Source: Octopus sinensis (lineage: Eukaryota). From it: a DNA stretch of 64,000 nucleotides. The stretch covers positions 61,442,001 to 61,506,000 of the forward strand of contig NC_043005.1 of the NCBI RefSeq assembly GCF_006345805.1, in the 5' to 3' direction. The translations under genes and the position numbers were made by a program. Numbering within the stretch: the stretch's first letter is position 1; each line of letters starts with the position of its first letter. Below, in pieces: positions 51,797-64,000 of this stretch. The notes beneath the pieces are model-generated. The model did not search any database. It had not been told where the DNA came from and saw only the letters and a program-made list of their open reading frames with translations.

Positions 51797-52676
51797 ATGT
51801 AAAAGTTGCATTCAAAAATTTACAGACATTTTTTCAGGAGTTCAGAAAGGTACAAACCTCTCACCTCTTTCGAAATATGATCCTCTTACTCCAATGCACT
51901 TGTAACATTCCAACCACTTGGTGTAGGCCTCATGGAAATCTCTCAAAATAAAGCTGCCCAGGACCCTTGTCACAGCCTCATTCACCTTCAAAATAACTAC
52001 GCCTGAGGGTTGCTTTCAGCTTGGAAACAACCAAAAGTAACAGGAGCAAGGTCTTGGCTGTAGAGAAGGTGAGGGACAGTTCTGATACCCATCTCTATCA
52101 AGCAGTTTGTTACCAGGATGCTCGTCACTAGGCACCCTCAGAACAGACTTTGCAAAAATTTTGCACATATTCAGATCTTCATGAATCCAACCCCGAACTG
52201 TATGCTTATTGTCTTTATAGACACACAGCAGTCTACATCGTGAATATTTCTCGACCAGCTCTCATGTTCTGACTTCCCTCTCCCATCACACATCTTTGAT
52301 TACCCTCATCTCCTTTCTTCCGAATTTAAACCTCTTGTGCCAGAAAAACGTTAATCCATGAGAACCTGGGGCATTTCATAAATTTCTCTAGCGTTTCACC
52401 CCAGTTTAGCACAAAACTTTATTGCATTGCGAACTTCCAGACTGCCTTCACGTCCCAATAGTTTCTTCAAACTAGTCAGCTGTGACAGGCAGTGTTTAGT
52501 AAGTGGTGCTCAAACTGTTGTTACAGACTTTCCCGTCTATCTGGAATATAAAAAAGAAGTTGAAGATCAGCTTTTTTGATGTATAGCAAAAATATACGAA
52601 AAATTATTATAATTTAGGACAGTAATAACTGCCTTGCCTAAAAGAGTGTCGAAACTTCTGGAATGTGCTTTGTACC
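51797..52676 (-). mobile_element. mariner transposon, decayed, with degenerate TIRs
   Basis: EVRNAI.FCAKLG...FWHKRFK N-terminus and VPHLLYSQDLAP motif. The ends GCATTCAAAAATTTACAGAC and GTCGAAACTTCTGGAATGT are loosely inverted. Confidence 0.8.
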
Positions 52677-53574
52677 ATGCTTACGCTGATTATTTTATAT
52701 TCATATGTCGACACAACCAGATTTACGCACACTCTGGGGCCCATCAGAATTGACCCTGCGTCACATCAAGGATAGAACAGCTGAAGTGAGAGAGAGAGAG
52801 AGAGAGAGAGAGCTGCACCCGTACTCGATTCGTACTCATTTACACTTGCGTAGACTGGAGCAACGTGACAAGAAGTGCCCTGCACATGGACACAAGGCTC
52901 TTCCCGAATTCAAAATTGAAACCATGCCCTTATTATCATAATCTTAACACACCACATAAAAGTATTACAACTCTATCTAATCCTTATGATTATCCTGCAC
53001 CGTGGACATAACTTGTGCTTAACACAACAATTAATGTTATGCATATACGTTACATATCTACATACTCGGACCATTCCATCAATGATCTATATTATTGAAT
53101 AGTATCCCCATTTTACTAGCCTAGTCGCTATCTTTTCCTTATTTCTTTTCTAATTGCATAATTAATTTCTTCCGCAGTTAGTGATAGGAAGTTGAAGTAG
53201 CAGAGCTACTAGATCAACTTAATGTTAACATACACTCTGGAGCACATTTAGATAGCGCCAAAGGAGTTGGCTTATGCATAAAAACTACAATGTTTGTTCG
53301 GTTTAATAGTGTTTATGTGGTCATTCAATTTCTCGTGAAATAAAACTCGCTTTCAAAATATGATTATATCTTTCTGAAGAAGGTCAAAAAGGTATTTTTT
53401 TATATTCTTGATAGTTTAAAGTTCACAATTTAACTTCTTTTTAATGATGTTTGGTGGGTAATGAAACATAGCGTGCTCAACCTTGCAATAAATTAATTTT
53501 GAATATCGTTTCATAAAACAAACATTATGTGATTTTTATGACTTTAATAAGGTTTACAAGCAGCAGTAGTAGTT

Positions 53575-53619
<45 letters not shown>

Positions 53620-54428
53620 TAAGGTATTTCAAAATAAAAAAAAATTCTATGGAACTATTTAAAACATCGCCTAGCTTAAACATTGAAATTTTTGTTTTCC
53701 AAGAAATAATTTAAACAAACACTCTTGGTTATCCCATAGTCGATAGGTTTATTATGTGCAATGGTTTTTTTCGCCAACCTGATCCCATATTTGACGAAAA
53801 TATAAGAAAATATAAATGTCCTACATTCATTTCCTGAACCCAGCAGAGTGCCTGCGTAAGCACCAAAGCTGGCTCCAGGGACGGTATCATTCCAATATAA
53901 ACTTAAATGAAATGACAAAAGGCAGTACTAGTTGTTACCGTAGTTGCTGGATTTGATACAACATGGAGTACTCGTTAATTGCACAGCACTCCTGCCGCTT
54001 ACAACAATGATATGTACGGTTACTAAAACTCTCAGATCGCTACTTAATATTTAAGCTCCTTAACAACGTCCACAACACGCGTGAGCAGGCAAAACGTGAC
54101 ACAGTGAATTATCATGTGATTTTTTCTGATTTAAAGTCTACGTAGTCATTGTTGGTTCTTGCACAGAGTGTTGTGTGTCTTTTACATTTGAACAAGTCCA
54201 CAAATTATTCGGAGCAAATTGGAATCAACTGAATGAAACCCAGTACAATATTGATATTTGTTTTATTGATTAGTGTTTGAATAAAATACAAATGCAAATA
54301 TGAAAACATTTACATCAGAAGTGCGGTTCAAAGAAACCGAGGATTGTAAAGGATATAGTCAGTTGCACAAGTGCTTCAAGTATTCTACCCCTTCGCAATC
54401 TACTTCCGCAGAATGATCATAATAATAT

Positions 54429-54480
<52 letters not shown>

Positions 54481-54486
54481 ATACAC

Positions 54487-54521
<35 letters not shown>

Positions 54522-54574
54522 CACACATATATATATACACACATATATATATACACACATATATATATATACAC

Positions 54575-54606
<32 letters not shown>

Positions 54607-54859
54607 TCACACAGGCGTGTATATATGAATATGTATGTGTGTATCGTGTTACGCTAAAAAGTGGAGCACGGTGCCTGAATTTTCGAGTCGAATCAAATAT
54701 GATAAACTACCTCAAATTGTTATTTGAGTTTCCACATAATTGAATTTAAGAGAGAAATTTTTACATAAACGGTGCACTTCCTACTTTATATTACGAAAAC
54801 TTGAATGCCTGAAATACATATTAAAAGATTTCAACATATACGTGTGTGTGCCCGCATAT

Positions 54860-54976
54860 GTGTATGTATGTATGTATGCATGCATGCATGCATGTATGTA
54901 TGTATGTATGTATGTATGTATGTATGTATGTATGTATGTATGTATGTATGTATGTATGTATGTATGTATGTATGTA

Positions 54977-55012
<36 letters not shown>

Positions 55013-55073
55013 GTGTGTGTGTGTGGTGTGTGTGTGTGTGTGGTGTGTGTGTGTGGTGTGTGTGTGTGTGTGT

Positions 55074-55104
<31 letters not shown>

Positions 55105-55113
55105 TGTGTGTTG

Positions 55114-55178
<65 letters not shown>

Positions 55179-55192
55179 GCGCGCGCGCGCGC

Positions 55193-55253
<61 letters not shown>

Positions 55254-55376
55254 TGCATGCATGCATGTATGTATGTATGATGTATGTATGTATGTATGTA
55301 TGTATGTATGTATGTATGTATGTATGTATGTATGTATGTATGTATGTATGTATGTATGTATGTATGTATGTATGTA
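54860..55376. repeat. Compound alternating purine-pyrimidine microsatellite with a central palindrome
   Basis: (TGTA)n(TG)n(TGCG)n(CG)n(CGCA)n(TGCA)n(TGTA)n. Confidence 0.95.
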
Positions 55377-55684
55377 TAAAGACAGGGGCATCTGTTACTT
55401 CAGGTTGACTTTGAAATTGTTCATGAATTACCAAGTTTGCGCAAGATTTTTTTTAGGAAGGCTGGCATTTAGCCATGCAAGCAAGTCTCTACTGATGGTT
55501 ATCGAAGGGAAAGAACGCAGTGAAAAACCGATACAGCTTCGTACCAGTTTTGTTGCAGGGGTTGCTGTCAGAAGCCAAAGAGCTGAAGCAGACACCGCAA
55601 ATCATGTTACACACGATCGTTTGCCAATTCGGCAAATCTGTCGCCCAGGATTGTTATTTTATTAACGACTTTGAAAATATAAAG

Positions 55685-56200
55685 GATAAATGGTAAAGTT
55701 GATCTCGGCTAGATTTGAACTTAGATCGCAGATTAGAAACAAATATTGCCTGACGCTCTAGCGACTCGACCAATTCACAGATTTTAAGTTATATATTTTC
55801 TTCATAGGTACAAGGCCTGAAATGCTTTTGTGTGAGGAGGCTCGTAGATTATACTGACTCCAGTACTCAACTATATCTTGTTTCCTTCTTTTAAAAATTT
55901 AATCGACCCCGAAAGGATGAAAAGCTAAGTCGACCTCGGTAGAATTTGCACTCAGAACATAGCGATGGACGAAATACCACCAGGCATTTCGCCACGCGTT
56001 AGCACCCTTTTCGGGGTCGATGAAATAAGTACCAGTTACGCAGTGGGGTCGATATAATCGACTAGTCCCCTTCCTCAAATATTTTCAAGGCTTTGTGCCA
56101 AGAGTAGAAATAATTATTTGAACTCAAAAAGAAAAGACGAACGAAATGGCGCTATACATTTTGCCCAGCGTGTTTGGATAATGCCAGCTAACCGCTTTAC
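55685..56200. mobile_element. Cluster of Meta-like SINE fragments on both strands
   Basis: TCGACCCCGAAAGGATGAAA...GTCGACCTCGG (minus), TTTCGGGGTCGATGAAATAAGTACCAG (plus) and further head fragments. Confidence 0.75.
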
Positions 56201-56720
56201 AGGTTTTAAGTTATATATTATCACTAGGGAATCAATATGTACGTGCTAACGAGTTAAACTTTACTTTAGTAGGTGTGATTGCTCTCACAAGTCACATTAA
56301 CATAGGCAACATTAATTTGAAGATTTAAATCACCAGACTTATTCGAGAGTTAAATCATGACGTCCTAATAATATTTAAATTAAATTTTTAGCGGAATTAA
56401 AGATAATTTGAATTAATTTTGATTACAATAAACCAGTTCAAAAACAATAGATTTATCATTTGTTCAAATTAATCTAGCGCTTCAATTTGGTTTTAATAAT
56501 CATCATTAGTCAATTAGAGGAGGAACCGAAAGATTCCAGAGGTTGTCAGGCTGCGTAACATAGCTATCAAATGTTGAACACACCGAACGATTACATAGCA
56601 GCTAGAAATTTAACCATCTGGCAAATTGTTGGTATTTCTTGCTATCATTTAGGAGACTACATATTACTATAGCATTTACTTTATTATATATACATACATA
56701 CATATATACATGCATACACA

Positions 56721-56798
<78 letters not shown>

Positions 56799-56820
56799 AC
56801 ATGCCGTACGCACGCACACT

Positions 56821-56878
<58 letters not shown>

Positions 56879-57266
56879 CATACATATATATGTATCTATC
56901 TATCTATGTACGTATGAATGTATGTATGCATCACTATTTAAGTTTCATTTTTCTGAATACTAGTGTAGTATTGGGCATCAAAAAGTTGCCAAGCTGGACA
57001 AGAAAGAATTACAATCACAAGTCAAACGACTGTTTGGAATACCTCCAAATCATTTAATAATTGTATTTCCATCCATTTCCAGTATCTAAAAATGAAATAG
57101 TCGACAGAATGAGCAAGCATATGCTACCAACACTAATAACGGCATATATTAGAATATTACAAGGAAGTCTCTAAGTGAATTTCCAATCCACCAGACATAC
57201 CAGGCAAAATATAATGGCATTATGCCTCACCTTGCATAAAAAAATATGAAATGACAATGATCATAT

Positions 57267-57684
57267 ACTCTTTTACTCTTACTCTTATACTTGCTTGTCA
57301 TTTGACTGTGGCCATGCTGGAGCACTGCCTTTAATCGAGCAAATCGACCCCAGGACTTATTCTTTGTAAGCCTAGTACTTATTCTATCGGTCTCTATTGC
57401 CGAAACACTAAGTTACGGGGATGTAAACATACCAGCATCGGTTGTCAAGCGATGTTGGTGCGGACAAGCACAGACACATAAACATATACACACACATACA
57501 TACATATATATACGTATATACGGCGGGCTTCTTTCAGTTTCCGTCTACCAAATCCACTCACAAGGCCTTGGTCGGCCTGAGGCTATAGTAGAAGATACTC
57601 TCCCAAGGTGCCACGCAGTGGGACTCAACCCGGAACCATGTGATTTGTAAGCAAGCTACTTACCACACAGCCACTCCTACGCCT
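57267..57684 (-). mobile_element. CORE-type SINE, full length
   Basis: Complete homology to 29766-30167. Confidence 0.9.
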
Positions 57685-58371
57685 AGATATAAAGAAACGG
57701 GATGGTCACGACTGGAAATCCTTAGATAATAGATATGTTCGATCAGGTCAAACCTAGGGTCCAAACACCATCAACTTCATTAGCCTGACTTTAGTTTTAC
57801 TTTGTAATTTAATTTTCAAGCAAAACTAGGGGGTGCAGGAATTGCACACCTTCTTGTATTATTCATTGGTTTCTAAAATTCTACTACGAATGGACTTGGC
57901 TCATATTCTCCTCTGTAATTACTATTGCATTGGGATGATGATGGCAATCGATATTCTTTCTTCCATGTCAACTGTTGTTCTGCATTTTCAACATGGTGAA
58001 TTACAAAATCATTAGAGTAAGTACAGCATTATTTACAATATTCTTTCTTGCTCTAAGATTCCGCGTTCAAATCACACAAAAATTCATTATGCTTTTCCTT
58101 ATCTCGGCCTCGATGAGTTCTCTTATATCTGTAGTTCTCTTATAACTCTTTTTAAAAGAAATCGGTTATTTTCAAACGCATATGAATTACATTTTCTAAT
58201 TTATCTTATTCCATATTAATTATATACATATTTTGTTTCCATACCATAGAACATTCCTGCTTTTTCCTAATCATTTATGGGCTTATAGTTATAGGACATA
58301 TTTTTAATTTTTCTCAGTAAATATAATTTTAGGATAATATATTTCCTTATATATAAATAAATATATATATA

Positions 58372-58424
<53 letters not shown>

Positions 58425-58427
<3 letters not shown>

Positions 58428-58635
58428 TCGGCACCACTCGTATCCGAGTTTGGTTCATCTGGTTCATGAGACATACATCATATGGCTTAGAAGTACAAGT
58501 CGAGAATGGAACAGTCTCGAGCATTGATCGCGTGGCAGGGCGGGAGGTGGCCTTGGCTGGATTGCCGGGTCTTGCGTTGTCTTCTTTTTGCTTCTTCAGT
58601 CTTCCTCCTCTCCTCGAAAGTCGAACAGCCGAAAT
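58425..58635 (-). mobile_element. RTE-clade LINE 3' end ending in (TA)n
   Basis: FEERRKTEEAKRRQRK, then in another frame PPPALPRDQCSRLFHSRLVLLSH (a degenerate RTE C-terminal C2H2-like motif), and a short UTR. Confidence 0.7.
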
Positions 58636-58734
58636 GAAATACTACTGTACAATTTAGATAATAAACCCACTCTATTGACATATATGCGAGTGCATTTTCT
58701 CCTGGCTTATGGACTCTTAGACGACTTACACACA

Positions 58735-58760
58735 CGTACACTCACACACACACACACACA

Positions 58761-58820
<60 letters not shown>

Positions 58821-58861
58821 CACACAGACAGATAGACAGATAGATAGATAGATAGACAGAC

Positions 58862-58940
<79 letters not shown>
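58735..58940. repeat. (CA)n(CGCA)n(GATA)n compound microsatellite
   Basis: Read directly from the sequence. Confidence 0.95.
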
Positions 58941-58958
<18 letters not shown>

Positions 58959-59667
58959 TGGATATGAAAACTCCCACCCGTATTGGAGATACCTAAAATA
59001 AAGCTATATAAGATTGTCAACCTTTGGAATTGGAACGGATAATTAATTGATTTCATACAAACCGATTAAATGCACAAAACTTTTATATCAAAAAACATGT
59101 GCGAGAGAGTAATATGAAGAAACTGTTTCCTTATTAAATAAATTTTAATGATGTATAAATCTCCATTCTTGACAATATACTCTATATTCTTTATGAAATC
59201 TATTGATGCGAACTTAGGATTTAACGTTCGAAGGAAATAGTTTAATTGTTTATTCCAAACGATTCTAAATGTTTCCTAAAATTAGATGTGGTTAGTCAAG
59301 TCTGGATTTTATCAGAGTGCTGATAAGGTATCTCCCTGGAAGTAAAACCCCTATTCTTTTACGTTATATATACATATAATACGGTTATCAATATTTATTC
59401 CATCAGTTTATATTTGTATTGATAGTTTTGATTCTTTATTTAAAAGTAGATTGTTTGAGATCCACCGCATTAAGAGCCATTGAAGCGCGAAACTACTATT
59501 GTAAATATAAACTGGCATTAATTAAAACAATATAAGCTTCTACATTCTTGTATTGAATACTCTTTTGTTTCTTACATTACCTTATTCCTATTGTGTGTAC
59601 TATATGTGCGAGTGCATAGATATGTACATGCATACACACATACATATATATACATATATACATATAC

Positions 59668-59709
<42 letters not shown>

Positions 59710-59728
59710 ACATTTATATATATATATT

Positions 59729-59763
<35 letters not shown>

Positions 59764-60257
59764 TTATTTATATATATATACATTTACATATATATTTTTG
59801 TGTGTGTCTGTCTGCCTGTTTCTGTGAATTTATTTCGTTAAGGAAAATTATGCGAATATGAAAATTCAATGAATGTAATTGTACGAAAGTGGTTTTCGTT
59901 GTATAGCTATAATTGACATTAGTGAAGGCTGCATAATTCATCAGGAAGCTGTGAAGGACAAAATCTGAAATTAGTTCTGTGCCTGGCTACCATTCAATAG
60001 AGCCAATAAAAGAGAAATTATATAGTTACTCCCTTGTTAGAAATAGGAATTAAATCTCTTTGAAATCAAAGCCTACCTTATTAAAAGAAACGACAGATTG
60101 GATAATATAATCCATGGTATACTACACTTGTAAAAATATTAGGATGTCAATGGCTAAAATGCTTTTGATCATCGGTCACGTCAAGACCTCGGGTTAAACA
60201 CTGACAGCAACAATAGAAAATAACTCGTTTAAAATATTATATAAACGCTAATATGAT

Positions 60258-60350
60258 CTCGTGATAGCTCAGTTGGTAAATCCGAAGAAGTTGGTCGTAA
60301 CTGTAATGAAAGACATCCTGAGGTCGGAGGTTCGAATGTGTCCCACAAGA
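60258..60350 (+). pseudogene. Degenerate intron-containing tRNA-Tyr(GTA)-like sequence
   Basis: TAGCTCAGTTGGTA A box, CTGTAA, a short intron-like spacer, ATCCTGAGGTC, GGTTCGAAT B box and a downstream T run. The D, anticodon and T stems are broken. Confidence 0.45.
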
Positions 60351-60362
60351 AAAATCCTTTTA

Positions 60363-60720
60363 TAGGCGCTGGCATTGCTTTCTGGCAGAAAAATGGCATC
60401 CCAACCACATGGATCTGCGTTCAGTCCCACTGCGTAGCATCTTGAGCAAGTATCTTCTTTAATAGCCGCAGAACGCCGAAAACCTTGATTTCGAGTTCAA
60501 TGGCACTGCGCTCGCTTTGGGCAAGTGTCTTCTACTACAGCGATAGGCTGACCATTGACTTGTCAGTGCAATTGGTTGTCGGATAAGGTATGGAATGTCA
60601 TCGTTTATTTGAGGGTGTGTGTGTGTGTTTGTCTCTCACCGCTTGTTAACCGAAATTAGTTTGTCTACATCGGTGTAACTTAACTGTTAGGCGGAACGAG
60701 AACGATGAAATAAGTTTAAG
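60363..60720 (+). mobile_element. Decayed CORE-type SINE(s)
   Basis: AGGCGCTGGC...CAGTCCCACTGCG...TTGGGCAAGTGTCTTCTACTA...TAACTTAAC. Confidence 0.65.
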
Positions 60721-61899
60721 ATTTAAAATAAATAATGGAATTTCCCAAACACCTTAATGGAATTTCCCAAACACCTGAAGGTGGTCCAATGATTGAAACC
60801 ACGTAAAAGATAAATAACTGAAAACAAAATGAAACATACTCGGAAACCAACATATCTTCTAATGGTAGATACACTCAATGTTGCCCAGAAGCTACTTTAA
60901 CGCAAGTCAAAAATGTAAAAGTAACTTTAGAGTTCAAGAAATGGGAGGATTTGTTTTAGCTATTCATGAAAATCCTAAAATAATCATATGTGGGGCTCGT
61001 AAAATTCTTGTCCTGCACGCTCATTCTAATAATAATCTTAAACCAGAGAATAAGACCGTAAACATTTTAGCTTTGGTTAACATGGAACTTTGCGAGATCT
61101 GCCATTCTCTAAGGCATCAAACACAAAATCGTGGTTTGAATCTCAGCCAAATTCAGCCATGCCATCCAAACAATCGAACCAAGATGGATTTAATAATAGA
61201 ACTTAATGGCCGGAGCAAGCATCTACGGACGCAATCACTTCTATACAATGAAACTTTACAAATTAGGTATGGAATTGGAAGTTGACAGCACAATCTTCTG
61301 GTGAATGAAAGTAACGTGGTTTACTATTTAAAATCATGAGGAAATATACATAGCCCAAGAGCACTTCTCAAAACATTTTGAGATAATCGTTTATATAACA
61401 AGACGGTGAAAATATCGTTTTAATTTTATTTACTTTCTCCTTCCTATTGTCTATTGTTCGCCCTGCCATTTATCAATCAATTGAATGGTATAAAGATACA
61501 ATGACGAAAAAGAGTTTTCTGAAATTTACACTCGTTCCCAAGTATTTTGAACGAGCATGTTTTAATCGATTAATTCAAACCAATGGGTTTATTATTTGTA
61601 TTTAAACCAGTAAGGTATTAATAGAAGATACGAAGAGACGTAACAAAATGCTACGAGGCATTTTGTAAGGTTCACTAACACTAATGATAAATTCTCTATG
61701 TAGAGATTTGCCATTACCATCGATATTTCTTAACAGAAATTGTCTTATCCTTTTCTAGGTGGAACTGGTTGTATTTGGGTGTTATTTGTTTAAATTTATT
61801 TCCTTGTAAAAGTTTGGACAGAACATTTCCATAGTAATTTATGCAGAAAGTACGTTCAGGCATAAGATCTTTCTGGTATGAAGATAACTTTCTAGCTTT

Positions 61900-62350
61900 G
61901 AGTTTAATATCAAATGTTTTAGTTCCATTTGAATCTTACTTATGTTACAATAATCTACCACTCTTTCTTTGCACAAGCGACTTCCATTTCTGAAGTATTC
62001 GATGCTATTAGCGTGTCTTCGGCTGTCAAATGCAAACATCACTTTCCTTGTTCATCCACGCTGCGCAGTAAGAATTTAAGAGATAAAAGCTACCCAAGGT
62101 TAATGGGACCAACTGGTGAACCAAATTGTTCCGATAGGTTACTATTTACACTAATCGATGAGCAGATGTCTGTATAATTTAGTGTTCCTGCTACTGAAAA
62201 TCACTGAGCTTAGCCCACATTCCAACTACCGGTGATCAACGATATCGAAAGCTTTCTATTGTTCAGAATATCATAAATTCAGTTCAATTTACAACCCTCA
62301 CTGTGATGTTTCACATAATGTAGAGGATGTTTTCATAGGATCTTCTCGGA
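61900..62350 (-). mobile_element. Highly decayed CR1/L2-type RT fragment
   Basis: KAFDIVDH, followed by an ISVNSNLSE...GP..LG-like segment. Confidence 0.35.
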
Positions 62351-62578
62351 TGCAAACTAGCAGAGACAAAATCCAAACTATTGTTTGAGCTTTAAGTAAA
62401 TTCTTGATCCATGTATGTAACGGAATTATGGGTATAACATAATGTATTGTATCTCTATGGTCAGTGTCCTTCCTAAGCAACATCATGGCCTATATCAATG
62501 TTCTCAGCCTGCTGCTAGCTGCGATGCACATTAACCTTGACACAGACATGGATATTTAAAAACAAAGTGAAGAGAAAT

Positions 62579-63007
62579 AGGTGCAGGAGTGGCTGTGTGG
62601 TAAGTATATTACTTACCAACCACATGGTTCCGGGTTCATTCCCACTGTGTCGCGCCTTGGGCAAGTGTCTTCTGCTATAGTCTGGGGTGGAGCAAAGCCT
62701 TGTGAGTGGATTTGGTAGACGGAAACTGAAAGAAGCCCGTCGTATATATGTATATATATATATATATGTATGTAAATGTTATGTTTGTGTGCCTGTGTTT
62801 GTCCCCCACCCACCCAACATCACTTGACAACCGATGCTGGTGTGTTTACGTCCCCGTAACGTAGCGGTTCGGCAATAGAGACCGATACAATAAGTACTAG
62901 GCTTCCAAAGAATAAGTCCTGGGTTCGATTTGCTCGACTAAAGGCGGTGTTCCAGCATGGCCGCAGTCAAATGACCGAAACAAGTAAAAGAGAAAAGAGA
63001 AAGAGAG
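62579..63007 (+). mobile_element. CORE-type SINE, full length
   Basis: AGGTGCAGGAGTGGCTGTGTGG head, CCTTGGGCAAGTG core and (AAAAGAG)n tail. Confidence 0.9.
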
Positions 63008-63112
63008 ATAAGGCACACAGTCGATTCCTTCGAGGATTCTGTATCAGCCTCAGATGTTTTTATTAGTATTCTTGCATTCCGTCATTTTTGGCTCATATAT
63101 ACTTTAAGGACA

Positions 63113-63500
63113 TACCTTAAATCCTCGAGTATAGTCCGCCCTTCAGTATAATACGCAGGGGATTTTTAGGGGGCAGTACCTCTGAAAAACCTAAACCTTG
63201 TGTATAATACGCACCCATTCTCTAACTTGAGTCAAGGAGGTCTATATAATGTCCTTGGTTTGTAAAAATGTATACGTTAACGTCAGTTATTATTATTGTG
63301 TATATAACAATGCAAACGTGTAGCTTTTTTGTGCATTTTGTTAGCAGAAAATAAAGAAATATTTGCCGGACAGCAATTAGAGACTCGGACATTACGTAGA
63401 AAATAATTTTCATTTTTAACCTCGTATATAGTACGCACTAGGGATTTTGACTTTTAAATTTTGGTGGGGAAATGCGGGTTATACTCGAGGATTTACGGTA
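63113..63500. mobile_element. pogo/Tigger-like MITE with TA TSD
   Basis: TIRs TA-CCTTAAATCCTCGAGTATA and TATACTCGAGGATTTACGG-TA, with internal GTATAATACGCA subterminal repeats. Confidence 0.85.
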
Positions 63501-64000
63501 CACGGCGATAAGATTACAATTGAATATCATGCACGCATTTCAGTGCATTAAGAACCTTATATCGGCTTTATTTCCCCATGTTTCTGTCAATTGAATGATT
63601 TCAATAATATGCTTTACTTATGTCTTAGACATGACTCTTAAGAATCATGTCAGGCTATATTCAGAAGTTGTGCTAGTATAACGATATCTTTCCCACACCT
63701 TCTAATCTATCAACTATCCTTCATCTTTAAATAGCTCTTAATCTATCGCTAACTAGCTTTTATATTTCAGAAAGTATTTAATATTCATAATAATCACCAC
63801 CAAGATTCATTTAGCTGGTTCTCTAGCTCGGTGGCTCGAAACCCTGATAGAACCAGCCTATGATGTAACGCACCCGAGTAGTAACCGTCTTCTGTTTTTG
63901 CATATCATATTACTATACTGTCTAATTGATCTTTCCTTTCTAATATAGTGGTGATAGTAGTGGTGGTGTGTGTGTGTGTGACACAGAGAGAGGGTGAGAG

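Noticed and set aside
53150-53300. Strong acceptor TTTCTTCCGCAG at about 53177
   Set aside because: All three frames stop within about 25 nt and there is no good donor.
54740-55665. 217-286 aa ORFs
   Set aside because: They are open only because of the compound RY microsatellite. The unique tail has no recognisable motif.
60307-60316. TGAAAGACAT match to the 5' end of miR-71
   Set aside because: Only 10 nt match, there is no precursor hairpin, and it lies within the tRNA-like relic.
63795-63840. 9-bp inverted repeat containing GAAAC and CTGAT, as a permuted hammerhead
   Set aside because: The spacing cannot accommodate stems I and III.

Overview
Eukaryotic, AT-rich and very repeat-dense DNA with no recognisable host protein-coding gene. 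It is most likely a large intron or intergenic region. The SINE families and microsatellite load suggest an octopod cephalopod, which is an inference from remembered repeat families and not a database result. Most ORFs in the supplied track are artefacts of (TA)n, (TG)n, (CATA)n, (TATC)n and (TAA)n tracts. The real coding signal is all decayed or truncated retrotransposon and DNA transposon sequence: RTE, HERO, R4/Dong-like RLE LINEs, CR1/Crack-like LINEs, one Tx1/L1, two mariners, a Helitron, a pogo/Tigger-like MITE and a hAT end. At least five tRNA-derived SINE families are also present. The most interesting signals are four. (1) A tRNA-headed SINE carries a minimal hammerhead-ribozyme motif, and further hammerhead cores occur in other repeats. 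(2) A SINE 3' tail matches the 3' end of the Tx1 LINE in this window at 35/42 nt. (3) Five insertions of an R4-like RLE lineage, from three subfamilies, all end in (CATA)n. (4) Different microsatellite types appear to be partitioned among different retroelements. Coordinates of decayed elements are approximate.
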